Origin: an uncultured Verrucomicrobiae bacterium
Lineage (GTDB): Bacteria; Verrucomicrobiota; Verrucomicrobiia; Limisphaerales; Palsa-1400
DNA length: 64,000 nt
Direction: 5' to 3'
NCBI GenBank assembly: GCA_963702845.1
Contig: OY969763.1
Coordinates: 390,729-454,728, forward strand
Part shown: one piece after another, positions 1 through 8,809 of the stretch
How positions within the stretch are numbered: position 1 is the first letter of the stretch
Layout of the letters: each line of letters begins with the position of its first letter
Program-made: the position numbers and the translations under genes
Notes under the pieces: model-generated
Seen by the model: only the letters and a program-made list of their open reading frames with translations
Told to the model about the DNA's origin: nothing
The model's database searches: none

Positions 1-306
1 GCGACCTTTTCAGCCCGCCCTCCGCTTCAGCAGCTGGTATTACACAAAAATAGTTCGGGCGTTGCAACCCTTTCCAGCACCAATTCTAATGCGACCGGGA
101 AAGCGGTTGTTTTTCGTGATTCATATTCGGAAGCCTGGGCTCCTTTCATCGGCTACCATTTCAACGAGGTCATCTACCGGTGGCAATATAGATGGGATTG
201 TTCGCTTATTGAAAAAGAGAAGCCGATTGTCGTTATTGATGAATTGTTGGAACATTATTTCTACCAACAAAACCCAGAGACGCTCGCTTCCAAGGAACGA
301 ATATAG
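1..306 (+). CDS. 3' end of a gene starting upstream of the window (partial CDS); hypothetical protein, tail weakly reminiscent of AlgJ/AlgX-type SGNH-like proteins
   Basis: Frame 1 is open from nt 1 to TAG at 304-306. It gives a protein-like tail (...KAVVFRDSYSEAWAPFIGYHFNEVIYRWQYRWDCSLIEKEKPIVVIDELLEHYFYQQNPETLASKERI). It is missing from the ORF track only because it has no start codon inside the window. The family guess is weak. Confidence 0.45.
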   Translation, partial: ATFSARPPLQQLVLHKNSSGVATLSSTNSNATGKAVVFRDSYSEAWAPFIGYHFNEVIYRWQYRWDCSLIEKEKPIVVIDELLEHYFYQQNPETLASKERI

Positions 307-366
307 GTCCTCGACTTCTCTATCGTAACTTTCGCCGTCCGTGGTTATATTGCTCGTTCTAAAACG

Positions 367-1668
367 GTGAACGTTACACACAGAACATCTCAGTTGCGCG
401 ACCTGGACTATTCCGTCGTTCAACAATGTATGCATTGCGGACTATGCCTTCCCACCTGCCCGACATACGACGCGACCAAGCTCGAACGCAATAGTCCTCG
501 AGGCCGCATTTCATTGATGCGCGCGATTGCCGATGGCCGGCTCGAAGCGACCAAAGCGTTCGCCGACGAAATGTATTTCTGCCTCGGCTGCCTCGCGTGC
601 ATGACGGCGTGTCCAGCCGGCGTTAACTACGCTGAACTTTTTGAACACGCTCGCGCTGAGGCCGAAGAGAGTCGCGTGTTGAACAATCCCAAGCGCAGTT
701 TCATCCGCGCGCTCACGTTGCGCTGGCTGTTTTTCGACATGGGCCGGTTGCAGTTGCTCGGGGCGGCCATTCGACTGTATCAGCAACTCGGATTGCAGTC
801 TTTGCTTCGCAACAGCGGCGTTTTGAATTTGCTACCGAAACGCATGCGCGAGTTGGAAGCGATGACGCCCGCCATTCAACCGCAGTTTTCATCAGAGCTG
901 ATTGCTCCCCTCACACACGCCAGCGGTGAAAAAAAATATCGCGTTGCAGTGCTGACCGGTTGCGCGCAGGACCTGATGTTCAGCAACGTGAACCGCGACA
1001 CGGTGGAAGTGCTTTCGCGGAACGGCTGCGAAGTTGTGACGCCGGCGGAGCAAAACTGCTGTGGCTCTTTGCACGCGCACAATGGCGAATTGGAAATGGC
1101 CCGCGCGCTCGCTCGCAAAAATATTGAGCAATTTCCGCCCGACAAGTTCGACGCCATCATCACTAACGCCGCTGGTTGCGGTTCGCATCTTAAGCATTAC
1201 TCGCATTTGCTCGGGGAAGATTCGCATTACGCCGATCGCGCGAAAGCATGGGACAAAAAGCTGAAGGACGTCCACGAATGGCTCGCGCAAATAGGCATCC
1301 AAACTCCCCCGCAACGCGAAGTGCAGACGGTAACCTATCACGAGGCCTGCCATTTGTGCCACGGGCAAAAAATCACTGCGCAACCGCGTCAGGTATTGAA
1401 ATCCATTCCAAATTTAAAACTGGTTGAGCTTCCTGAAAGCAATTGGTGTTGCGGCAGCGCGGGTATTTACAATTTGCTCCAGCCCGAAATGGCCAATCAA
1501 CTTCTCGACCGCAAACTCGGCCACATCAAAACGACCAAGGCGCGGATCGTCGCGAGCGCGAATCCCGGCTGCCTAGCGCACATGGTCAACGGTGTGCGTC
1601 GCCACGAAATGTCGGTGCGTCTCGTCCACCCTATTACGCTTCTTGCCGAAGCGTATCGCGGCGAGTAG
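367..1668 (+). CDS. glcF: (Fe-S)-binding protein, glycolate oxidase iron-sulfur subunit GlcF-like (2x 4Fe-4S ferredoxin motifs + 2x CCG domains)
   Basis: Motifs CMHCGLCLPTCP and CLGCLACMTACP (CxxCxxCxxxCP). Two CCG-type cysteine motifs (EQNCCGSLH, SNWCCGSAG). 433 aa, GTG start. Confidence 0.8.
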   Translation: MNVTHRTSQLRDLDYSVVQQCMHCGLCLPTCPTYDATKLERNSPRGRISLMRAIADGRLEATKAFADEMYFCLGCLACMTACPAGVNYAELFEHARAEAEESRVLNNPKRSFIRALTLRWLFFDMGRLQLLGAAIRLYQQLGLQSLLRNSGVLNLLPKRMRELEAMTPAIQPQFSSELIAPLTHASGEKKYRVAVLTGCAQDLMFSNVNRDTVEVLSRNGCEVVTPAEQNCCGSLHAHNGELEMARALARKNIEQFPPDKFDAIITNAAGCGSHLKHYSHLLGEDSHYADRAKAWDKKLKDVHEWLAQIGIQTPPQREVQTVTYHEACHLCHGQKITAQPRQVLKSIPNLKLVELPESNWCCGSAGIYNLLQPEMANQLLDRKLGHIKTTKARIVASANPGCLAHMVNGVRRHEMSVRLVHPITLLAEAYRGE

Positions 1669-1762
1669 CCCGATTTGACCTCGGTCAACGCCGACCGTCC
1701 CGCAGCTAAATTAACTACGTTCCTCGTGTAACCGTACTGCCTCCGGCATCCTCTGTTACGCT

Positions 1763-4228
1763 GTGTATTGTCCGAAATCTGTGAAATCCATTTTCCTGAC
1801 CTGTCTCGTCTGCGCATCTACCAATGCTGCCGAAACCAACGTCACTCGCGCCGCCACCAACTCCGTCAATTCCGCCGTCGTTCGCCAGAAACAGAACCTC
1901 GCCCCGAACGAAAATCTCCTGTTCAACGGCTGGGGCGTCACGCCCGCCGGCCAATCCGTTCCGGTCAGCGACATGCCGTTGAAGTTTGTTCTCTCGCCCG
2001 ACGGCACGCGATTGCTCGCGAGCAGCGGCGGTTTTAACAACACCGGCCTGACGATTCTTGATACGGCGACGCATCGCGTTACCCAATTCTTCCCGCTGAA
2101 AACCTGCTGGAACGGCCTCGCCTTCAGCAAAAACGGCCACCAGATTTACGTTTCCAGCGGCGCGTCCGGCGAAATTCACGTTTTTAACTACGACAAAGGA
2201 ACCGCCACCTTCGCCAAAACCTACAAACCGATTCTCACCTTTCGCCAAACCTTCTTCACCGGCCTCGCCGTTCATCCGAGCACGGGCAAAATCTACATCT
2301 GCAACGAAGCCGCCCACGAAGTTCTCGTTCTCGATCCCAAAAATTTCCATCTCGAAGCCACCATCAGCGTTGGCGAATACCCGCACACGTGCGTGATGGG
2401 CGCCGACGGCGTTCATCTTTACGTGAGCAATTGGGGAAGTCGCACCATTAGCGTCATCGACACAAAAGAGAATCGGCGTCTGCGCGATCTCGATGTCGAC
2501 CTCCGTCCCAACGACATGGTCGTCGCGCGGGATGGCCGGATGTTTGTTGCGTGCGCGGGCGAGAATACCGTTCACGTCATCCAAACACTTACCGTCGAAA
2601 AATTCCGGATCGAAGCAAGCCGCAAAAAACGCCCGGTCGAAACCGCGCGCGAAATCATTTCGACCTCGCTCTATCCCGACTCACCCGAAGGCAGCACGCC
2701 CGACGCGCTCGCGCTTTCGCCCGACGGCAAAACCCTCTTCATTGCCAACGCCGACAACAACAACGTCGCCGTCGTGAACATCAGCGATCCCGCCGCGTCG
2801 ACCGTCGACGGTTTCATTCCCACCGGCTGGTATCCCACGGCACTGATTGTCAGTCCCGACAACAAAACGCTTTTCGTCGGCAACGGCAAAGGCCAACACT
2901 CGCGCGCGAACTATCCCGGGAAATTGAGCGCCCAGCGCGGCATCCGTAACGTTCTGTTCGATTACATCGGTAACACCGTCGAGGGCTCCATTTCGTTTAT
3001 CGATCGACCCAGCCCCGAACAAATGCGCGACTACACCGCTCAGGTCCAACGCAACTCGCCTTACACGCCCCACAACCTTCGCGCCGCCCCCATCAAAAGC
3101 CACAGCGTCATACCTGACCACGTCGGCGCGCGCTGCCCGATCAAACACATTCTTTACATCATCAAAGAAAATCGCACCTACGACCAGGTCTTCGGCGATT
3201 TCAAAGACGCCACCGGCAAACCCGCCGGCAACGGCGATCCTCGCCTCACCATTTATGGCGACGCTGTGAGTCCGAACCACCACCAACTCGCTCGCGACTA
3301 CGTCCTCTTCGACAATCTTTACTGCAATGGCGAAGTCAGCATGGACGGCCATAGCTGGTGCGACGCCGCCATGGCCACCGACTACAAACAACGCTGCTGG
3401 ATGGTCAGCTACTCCCGACACGGCTGGCTTCCCGGCAACGAAGAAATGGAAGCCCCCGCCGCCGGGTTTTTCTGGGACCTTTGCCGCCGCGAAGGCCTCA
3501 CGTTCCGCAACTACGGCGAAGGCGCAAAACGCGTACCGTCCGCCAATCGCGGCCACTGGCCGGGCGGTCGCGACATGGACCGCGTCAAAGCCTGGATCGA
3601 CGATCTCCACGCCGCCGAGAAAAAAGGTAATTTACCCGCGTTCACCATCATGTCCCTTGGCGAAGACCACACCACCGGAACCAAACCCGGCACCTTCGCG
3701 CCTGAAGCCTGCGTCGCGAGCAACGATCTCGGTCTTGGCCGCATCGTCGAAGCCGCCAGCCGCAGCCGATTTTGGAATCAAATGGCCATCTTCGTCATCG
3801 AAGACGACGCGCAGAACGGCCCCGACCACGTCGACGCCCATCGCACCGTCGGCCTCGTCATCAGCCCCTGGTGCAAGCGCAACTTTGTCGACAGCACCAT
3901 GTATTCGACCGCTAGCATGATCCGCACAATGGAATTGATCCTCGGCCTCCCGCCCATGACCCAATACGACGCTGGCGCCACACCCATGTTCAACGCCTTT
4001 CAAACCAACTCCATCCCGACGCCCTACACGCCGATCATGCCGCAAGTGAACATGCTCGCGAAGAATACAAAAAATTCGCCATTCGCCGCCGAATCCAAGC
4101 GAATGAACTTCAGCGAATACGACCTCGCCCCCGAAGACGAACTCAACCGCATCCTCTGGTACGCCGCCAAAGGAACCGACGCCAATTACCCAACGCCAAT
4201 CCACCGTGCAATTCATCTAACACCGTGA
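1763..4228 (+). CDS. Secreted bifunctional protein: N-terminal YVTN/YncE-type beta-propeller plus C-terminal phosphoesterase (PLC/AcpA, alkaline-phosphatase superfamily) domain
   Basis: Signal-peptide-like N-terminus (KSIFLTCLVCASTNA). Repeated '...G..IYV.N......V.VID' propeller blades. Phosphoesterase-family motif HILYIIKENRTYDQVFGD and FVIEDDAQNGPDHVDAHRT. An alternative GTG start lies at 1778. Confidence 0.85.
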   Translation: MYCPKSVKSIFLTCLVCASTNAAETNVTRAATNSVNSAVVRQKQNLAPNENLLFNGWGVTPAGQSVPVSDMPLKFVLSPDGTRLLASSGGFNNTGLTILDTATHRVTQFFPLKTCWNGLAFSKNGHQIYVSSGASGEIHVFNYDKGTATFAKTYKPILTFRQTFFTGLAVHPSTGKIYICNEAAHEVLVLDPKNFHLEATISVGEYPHTCVMGADGVHLYVSNWGSRTISVIDTKENRRLRDLDVDLRPNDMVVARDGRMFVACAGENTVHVIQTLTVEKFRIEASRKKRPVETAREIISTSLYPDSPEGSTPDALALSPDGKTLFIANADNNNVAVVNISDPAASTVDGFIPTGWYPTALIVSPDNKTLFVGNGKGQHSRANYPGKLSAQRGIRNVLFDYIGNTVEGSISFIDRPSPEQMRDYTAQVQRNSPYTPHNLRAAPIKSHSVIPDHVGARCPIKHILYIIKENRTYDQVFGDFKDATGKPAGNGDPRLTIYGDAVSPNHHQLARDYVLFDNLYCNGEVSMDGHSWCDAAMATDYKQRCWMVSYSRHGWLPGNEEMEAPAAGFFWDLCRREGLTFRNYGEGAKRVPSANRGHWPGGRDMDRVKAWIDDLHAAEKKGNLPAFTIMSLGEDHTTGTKPGTFAPEACVASNDLGLGRIVEAASRSRFWNQMAIFVIEDDAQNGPDHVDAHRTVGLVISPWCKRNFVDSTMYSTASMIRTMELILGLPPMTQYDAGATPMFNAFQTNSIPTPYTPIMPQVNMLAKNTKNSPFAAESKRMNFSEYDLAPEDELNRILWYAAKGTDANYPTPIHRAIHLTP

Positions 4229-4279
4229 GTTAGGGCGCGTCGCTCCACGCCGTCCTCTCTTTCTCCCTCTGACCACTGA

Positions 4280-4760
4280 CTACGGCATAGCGGCCTCATC
4301 GAATGGCGTAGCCATGAAGCGAAGGTAGACGTGGGATTCATCCCACGAACCAAAAGCGCCGCAACGATTCGTGTCGCGTCGCGACACCTGAACCCGCAAA
4401 CCCGGTGGCAACCCCGCCACGGTTTGAAGCGAACGATCTGCGCGCCCTAGAGGGGCAGAATGAAAATAGCCCAGCGCTTTCCGGCCTGTTGCCCAAATCA
4501 ACGCTCTTCGTCTTCAATCCCAAAGGGATTGCGTCACTCGGCCCAGCACCACGCGAAGCGTCCTCCGTAGCTTCAGCGAAGGTGGATTGCGTAGCGGCGA
4601 CGAAGGAGTTAATTGGGTTTGGATCGGTGTAAAATTTTATTGACGGTGTTTGAACCGCGAAGCCACTCCGAAATCCCGTAGGGATGACATGATTGTAGCC
4701 CGGCGTTTCAACGCCGGGACAAAAGACTCAAACGAAGTTTCACTTTGCCACAGGCGCGAC
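4280..4760. repeat. Patch of short GC-rich imperfect palindromes and REP-like words (non-coding)
   Basis: Hairpins GTGGGATTCATCCCAC (about 4333) and CCCGGCG-N6-CGCCGGG (about 4700). Repeated word CGTAGC-N3-6-GCGAAGG(T/A) at about 4302, 4565 and 4590. GCGACGAAGGAGTTA occurs twice (about 4596 and about 4757). No convincing ORF. Confidence 0.6.
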
Positions 4761-4767
4761 GAAGGAG

Positions 4768-5661
4768 TTATATGCAGGTTGAGACGAGCCTCGAAAGTGA
4801 GGGCCAATTCGCTGTCGCGAGCTGTTCGTTTTGAAAAAACTTCTTACAAATACAGTTCCAATCTGGCTTAAGGATGCCCTTGTGACTACCTCGGACAGCA
4901 AGCGTCTCGCCGTCAGAGCAAAGTTCAGGAAACCCCAAGCGACGCATGTTCTGCTCATGATAACCGAAACCGAAAAACGCGGCTGAGTCGGCTTCTCTAA
5001 GAACCCAGCGAGCAAGTTTAAATGCTTTGGTAGAGAGCTTAGCTTCGGAAATAACAACGATTGATTCCAAAGCCTGCTTCATTCGCTCGTAGGCTGTTAG
5101 TCGATTTGTAATCCAATGAAGCCTCTCCCCCTCATAGTCTCGAAGCGTGCCGTGGGGACGAATTACGAACTCTTCGTTCAACCACCCGGCGGCAGTTTCC
5201 CTGGACACGCGTAGATTGTTCGAAATCACGCCGCACAAGTAACACTCAAGCGTTCGATCATAGTTAAAGGTAATGACATGAACGCGTCGTTTCTTCAAAG
5301 CCGACCACGAGCTACATCGGAGCGCTTGCCAGAATGCTTCGTACCAGTGATCTCGCGGCTGGCACGGCGGAAACAGCTTGTCTTCGTTTTCCCTTCCATC
5401 GAGGGCGAGCGCCGTGGCGAGCTTTCCTATCTTCATCCAGTTAGGTCGCTTCTCTAGAAAAGAATCCACAGTTCCTGCCGCAGACATCCGCAAGTCGTTC
5501 TGGAATGCGTGAAGTTCATCCCTTGAGACCCGAAATGGGCTCAGTAATTTAATCGTTGAGTCCGTGTGCCGTATGCTTAAAACGAGGTCCCGAAGCTCTC
5601 GCCCAAGAGGTAAGCCATACGGTTTGCTTGCACCAGCACCGAGGATGAGGACGACGTTCAT
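4768..5661 (-). CDS. SIR2_2-family (SIR2-like, putative NAD+-consuming) protein, no recognisable fused sensor domain
   Basis: N-terminal ILGAGASKPYGLPLG (GAGxS Rossmann loop), ITFNYDRTLE (TxNYD motif) and RPHGTL (catalytic-His HG motif). 297 aa. Region looks more AT-rich than its flanks. Confidence 0.75.
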   Translation of the reverse strand: MNVVLILGAGASKPYGLPLGRELRDLVLSIRHTDSTIKLLSPFRVSRDELHAFQNDLRMSAAGTVDSFLEKRPNWMKIGKLATALALDGRENEDKLFPPCQPRDHWYEAFWQALRCSSWSALKKRRVHVITFNYDRTLECYLCGVISNNLRVSRETAAGWLNEEFVIRPHGTLRDYEGERLHWITNRLTAYERMKQALESIVVISEAKLSTKAFKLARWVLREADSAAFFGFGYHEQNMRRLGFPELCSDGETLAVRGSHKGILKPDWNCICKKFFQNEQLATANWPSLSRLVSTCI

Positions 5662-5906
5662 ATCTTCGCTATCGAAACAGAATCATCCCCGCCATCGAAA
5701 AGCACTCTCACATTGCTGACGTAATCCTGCGGAGAGGTAACTTGGTTGGGAGGATGGTAACGCATTTGTTGATTCTTCTCATTGTGCAGGACACCGCAAG
5801 TTTTTTTGCCGCCATGCCCGCCTTGCCCGTCCGGCTCGGACCCTATCTCGGATGAAGGGCGACAGTCGGAGAGCACGACCACGATTCGCGACAGCAAACA
5901 ACTCAT
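5658..5906 (-). CDS. Small hypothetical ORF overlapping the SIR2-like start by 4 nt; start uncertain (6002, 5906 or 5765)
   Basis: The ORF stop overlaps the SIR2-like ATG (ATGA). No recognisable motif and modest coding look. It is listed because of the translational-coupling geometry only. Confidence 0.25.
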   Translation of the reverse strand: MSCLLSRIVVVLSDCRPSSEIGSEPDGQGGHGGKKTCGVLHNEKNQQMRYHPPNQVTSPQDYVSNVRVLFDGGDDSVSIAKI

Positions 5907-6043
5907 TTTGGGCACCTGACTAGTGGCGGGCTTGGGAAGCCAACCTGAGCAGTCAAAAAAAAGAACATGAAAACAAATACACAAAATACAAACACAGGTC
6001 ACTGCAGCTTGAACTCTTCATCTCTTCTGCCAATCATCAACTG

Positions 6044-6604
6044 ATGCGGCGAAAATGGAAGGTCGCGGTTCTGCTTGGGTGCATCGTCGCCATCGCGATT
6101 GGTGTCGCGCTGTTGTGGTCAACTCAACTTAACCAGGTAACGATCACGATCCCTAACGGACCGACGCTCAAACTAATAGAGGCGAATTACGATGTCCGCA
6201 GTCAAATGTTGCTGAACCAAAACCCAGCAAAGCGCGCCTTGCAGAAGCTGAGCCTCTTGAGCGCGAAAGTTTTCCCACGACTCTTCATGCAAACGAAGAC
6301 GATTACATTCTATTCGGACCCGGGTGAGGCAGTGTTTTGGTTCAGCGAAACTCCATACGAGCCCGATCGCGCTCGCCGGACATGGTGTGCCGTCCAGGAC
6401 CCCGGAAAGCCCTACACAATAATGGCGGCTTGGAAATTGAAGGCTTGGCGATATCCGAAAACTCCGGGCATCGTTGCCATCACCTGGCCAGAATGCCCTA
6501 CGAACGAAGAGACATTGGAACTGTCATTTTACAATGAGAACAATATGGCCCGGTCCAATGTTCTCGGACGAATCACATTGAAGAATCCAGCGTATCGGCA
6601 GTAA
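6044..6604 (+). CDS. Hypothetical membrane-anchored protein (one N-terminal TM helix)
   Basis: 186 aa ORF. N-terminal hydrophobic helix VAVLLGCIVAIAIGVALLW followed by a soluble domain. No motif recognised. Confidence 0.55.
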   Translation: MRRKWKVAVLLGCIVAIAIGVALLWSTQLNQVTITIPNGPTLKLIEANYDVRSQMLLNQNPAKRALQKLSLLSAKVFPRLFMQTKTITFYSDPGEAVFWFSETPYEPDRARRTWCAVQDPGKPYTIMAAWKLKAWRYPKTPGIVAITWPECPTNEETLELSFYNENNMARSNVLGRITLKNPAYRQ

Positions 6605-6759
6605 CCCCGCGCCGTGCATCAGTGGCCGTGCGCGAGCCATTCCTTTTAGAGACTCGCGTCGCCTCCAAACCTCCACGCCAGAGATTTGCAACCTCTGGAT
6701 TCCGCGCGCAGAACACCCTTGTTCGCGCTGCGGAAATATGCGAACACATGTCGGTATAA

Positions 6760-7050
6760 GTGTTGGACAGGACGGAAATAAAGAGACTATCTATCTGCAT
6801 AGCGGCGGCAATTCTCTCTTTTGTTACCTGCCATTTCGAGCCACTGCCTCACGGCGATGCATTGCTCCACTTGAGGTCCCTTGAAGCGCTCTGGAATATC
6901 CTGATCATTGCCGTGTCCGTAACGGCCGTTGCCGTTGGCATCGGCGTTCTGGTTCGCGGCTCTACTCCAGCCCGCGTCGTAGCAGTCGTCGCCTGTCTGT
7001 GGCCGCTTGCAGTCCTTTTGCAACTCGCGGCATTCCTGCTCGTTGAGTGA
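6760..7050 (+). CDS. Small hypothetical membrane protein (about 3 TM helices)
   Basis: 96 aa, GTG start. Three hydrophobic stretches (ICIAAAILSFV, ILIIAVSVTAVAVGIGVLV, VVAVVACLWPLAVLLQLAAFLL). Confidence 0.4.
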   Translation: MLDRTEIKRLSICIAAAILSFVTCHFEPLPHGDALLHLRSLEALWNILIIAVSVTAVAVGIGVLVRGSTPARVVAVVACLWPLAVLLQLAAFLLVE

Positions 7051-7057
7051 GGAAGGC

Positions 7058-7243
7058 TCACAACCCCCTCAACCTCCCCTGAATAATCACGCGCGGCTTC
7101 GTTGCGACCATAGACCGCAACGCATCCGCCGCATCATCGCCGCCGATTCCATCCTCGGCATCAACTTTGTCCACGTCCTCAGGCCGATCTTCCCCACCAT
7201 CAGCGTTGCAGTGCGCGCGCCAATCGAGCCTCGCATCCTTCAC
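7058..7243 (-). pseudogene. Relic of the 3' end of a phage terminase large-subunit gene (copy A)
   Basis: Translates to ...RPEDVDKVDAEDGIGGDDAADALRSMVATKPRVIIQGRLRGL. 'DDAADALRY/S' is the terminal nuclease-domain Asp motif of TerL-type proteins. The N-terminal about 400 aa are missing. Confidence 0.6.
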
Positions 7244-7357
7244 GCCACGCCCTCACTCCGCAGCTGACGCAGTTAGGCGGGGTTGCAGAGACGCGCTTCA
7301 AGCTTATAAAGCGCTTGTTCACCTATCAAAGCTATGTGAACACTTGTCGCATATTAA

Positions 7358-7912
7358 TTGTTAGCCATGAAACAACTCGCCGCAGTATTGTTGTCTTTGG
7401 TCATCGGGGGCGTTGGTGCCTCCGTTTTCGCGGGCGATGCCAGGACAAACCAGGCGCCACAGCGTGCTGTAAGCTCAGACGGTGATGTTGGATTGATCAT
7501 CAAGGAGCTTTCCCCTGGTCATCCTATTGTAATTGCCATCGAGCGTTACAAAGATCATTCGAATCCCTCGCGGAGGGATGTGGAGATTCCCGAATCTCTG
7601 GCTCGTCAGTCGCAGACCAATTACGCGGAATTCAGCAGCGCCTTGGTCGCAGCCGCAGAGCATGCGAAGCTTGATAGCGCGTCGCTAGCCAAGATATTGG
7701 AGCTGGTGCGCGGCGCCAAAGAAAACAAAGGCTTGGCCGTAGTTCCGGTCGCTGCACACGCAACTCGGAGGGACGGTGAGCTGGTTTGGGTTGTTTCGCT
7801 CAGATGGGAGGGAGAAAAATGGGTTTCAAGCGATGGAGATATGAGTCATTTCAGTAGTTTTACGTTTACGCAGAAGACATTGAGGAAGGTTGCTTTCGAC
7901 TCGTGCGACTGA
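7358..7912 (+). CDS. Hypothetical secreted protein
   Basis: 184 aa with a signal peptide (MKQLAAVLLSLVIGGVGASVFA). No motif recognised. It lies between the two terminase relics. Confidence 0.6.
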   Translation: MLAMKQLAAVLLSLVIGGVGASVFAGDARTNQAPQRAVSSDGDVGLIIKELSPGHPIVIAIERYKDHSNPSRRDVEIPESLARQSQTNYAEFSSALVAAAEHAKLDSASLAKILELVRGAKENKGLAVVPVAAHATRRDGELVWVVSLRWEGEKWVSSDGDMSHFSSFTFTQKTLRKVAFDSCD

Positions 7913-7996
7913 TGGCTACAACTGCGTGCAGGCGACGCCGGGTTGCGCGCTGCTGTTTCCTGTAGCTGAGGTGCCCGGCGCGCCTGACGCATAGCG

Positions 7997-8215
7997 TTAA
8001 AGCCCCCTCAACCTCCCCTGAATAATCACGCGCGGCTTCATCGCCACCATATACCGCAACGCATCCGCCGCGTCGTCGCCGCCGATTCCATCTTCGGCGT
8101 CAACTTTGTCCACATCCTCAGGCCGATTCGGATCGTGCTGCAATGCCGGCAAACACTCAATCAACCGCTGACAACGTTTGTGTATGAACAGCCTTGGTGC
8201 AGTTGTCAGTCCCAA
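7997..8215 (-). pseudogene. Relic of the 3' end of a phage terminase large-subunit gene (copy B, slightly longer)
   Basis: ...FIHKRCQRLIECLPALQHDPNRPEDVDKVDAEDGIGGDDAADALRYMVAMKPRVIIQGRLRGL. 8003-8128 is about 92% identical (10 mismatches in 126 nt by eye) to 7064-7189. Confidence 0.6.
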
Positions 8216-8657
8216 CTATTGACAAAAGCCTCTTTCGTGAAGGGTAGACACTGCATTGAAACAAATGCCGACATTGATTGCGGAGGCAAATCTTCTTCCG
8301 CGTATTCAGCGCATTCCGCGGTTCCACTCCGTTCCCTTCGTGCCTCCTGTTCAATCGCTCCCGAACTTTGATCCCCTAACTTCCAGCTTCGCTATCCTAC
8401 ACGCTTGACACAGCAGCTACTTAACTATAGGCTAAAGCCGCTGCTTAAAATGCAGTAGCAGGGTTTGCGTTCAACTTTGGATGCAATTCTCGCCGACAGT
8501 CGCGCCATAGCTTTATGCGAAGGCGGATTGGTCTTTGACATATAATGTAGCCGCCGAGGGTGCTTGTGGCAGTGTGTATCAAAACAATTTGTTCCGTAGT
8601 GCGAGGCGGAGGTTTGGCGGTTAACACTCAACTATCAACCCTCAACTTCCCGATCAC

Positions 8658-8701
8658 CTCCCGACACTTCCGGACACCCTCCGGACACCCTCCGGACACT
8701 G
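8658..8701 (+). repeat. Tandem 11-bp repeat TCCGGACACCC (about 4 units, first degenerate) in the helicase leader
   Basis: The sequence reads ctcccgacact tccggacaccc tccggacaccc tccggacact. The period of 11 bp equals one helical turn. Confidence 0.8.
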
Positions 8702-8744
8702 AAAAAGGATTGTTTTATTTTCGTCCTGCGAAGGCGGGCCGTTT

Positions 8745-8809
8745 AGGAGAAACAAATGTTTCTCCAAAGTTTCTCCAACCCTTCTCCGAAGTTTCTCCAT
8801 GTTTCTCCA
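8745..8809 (+). promoter_or_regulatory. Possible RNA switch element in the helicase 5' leader: GGAGAAAC hairpin partner followed by 4-5 copies of GTTTCTCC(A)
   Basis: GGAGAAAC-AAAT-GTTTCTCC forms a perfect 8-bp hairpin (8745-8766). Further GTTTCTCCA copies lie at 8769, 8791 and 8801, with CCTTCTCCG at 8780. These allow mutually exclusive pairings. Function is inferred only. Confidence 0.3.

Noticed and set aside
121-435. 104-aa minus-strand ORF (and plus-strand ORF 62-328) at the left edge.
   Set aside because: The minus ORF overlaps the glcF start and has no motifs. Plus-strand frame 1 is open from nt 1 and reads far more protein-like, so the region is better explained as the 3' end of an upstream gene (1-306).
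8535-8546. TTGACA immediately followed by TATAAT in the helicase leader.
   Set aside because: The two hexamers are adjacent (0-nt spacer instead of about 17), so they cannot act together as a sigma70 promoter. TATAAT alone is insufficient evidence.
8658-8809. Short tandem repeats considered as a possible CRISPR array.
   Set aside because: The units are 9-11 bp with no spacers of unique sequence, and there are no cas genes in the window. This is not a CRISPR.
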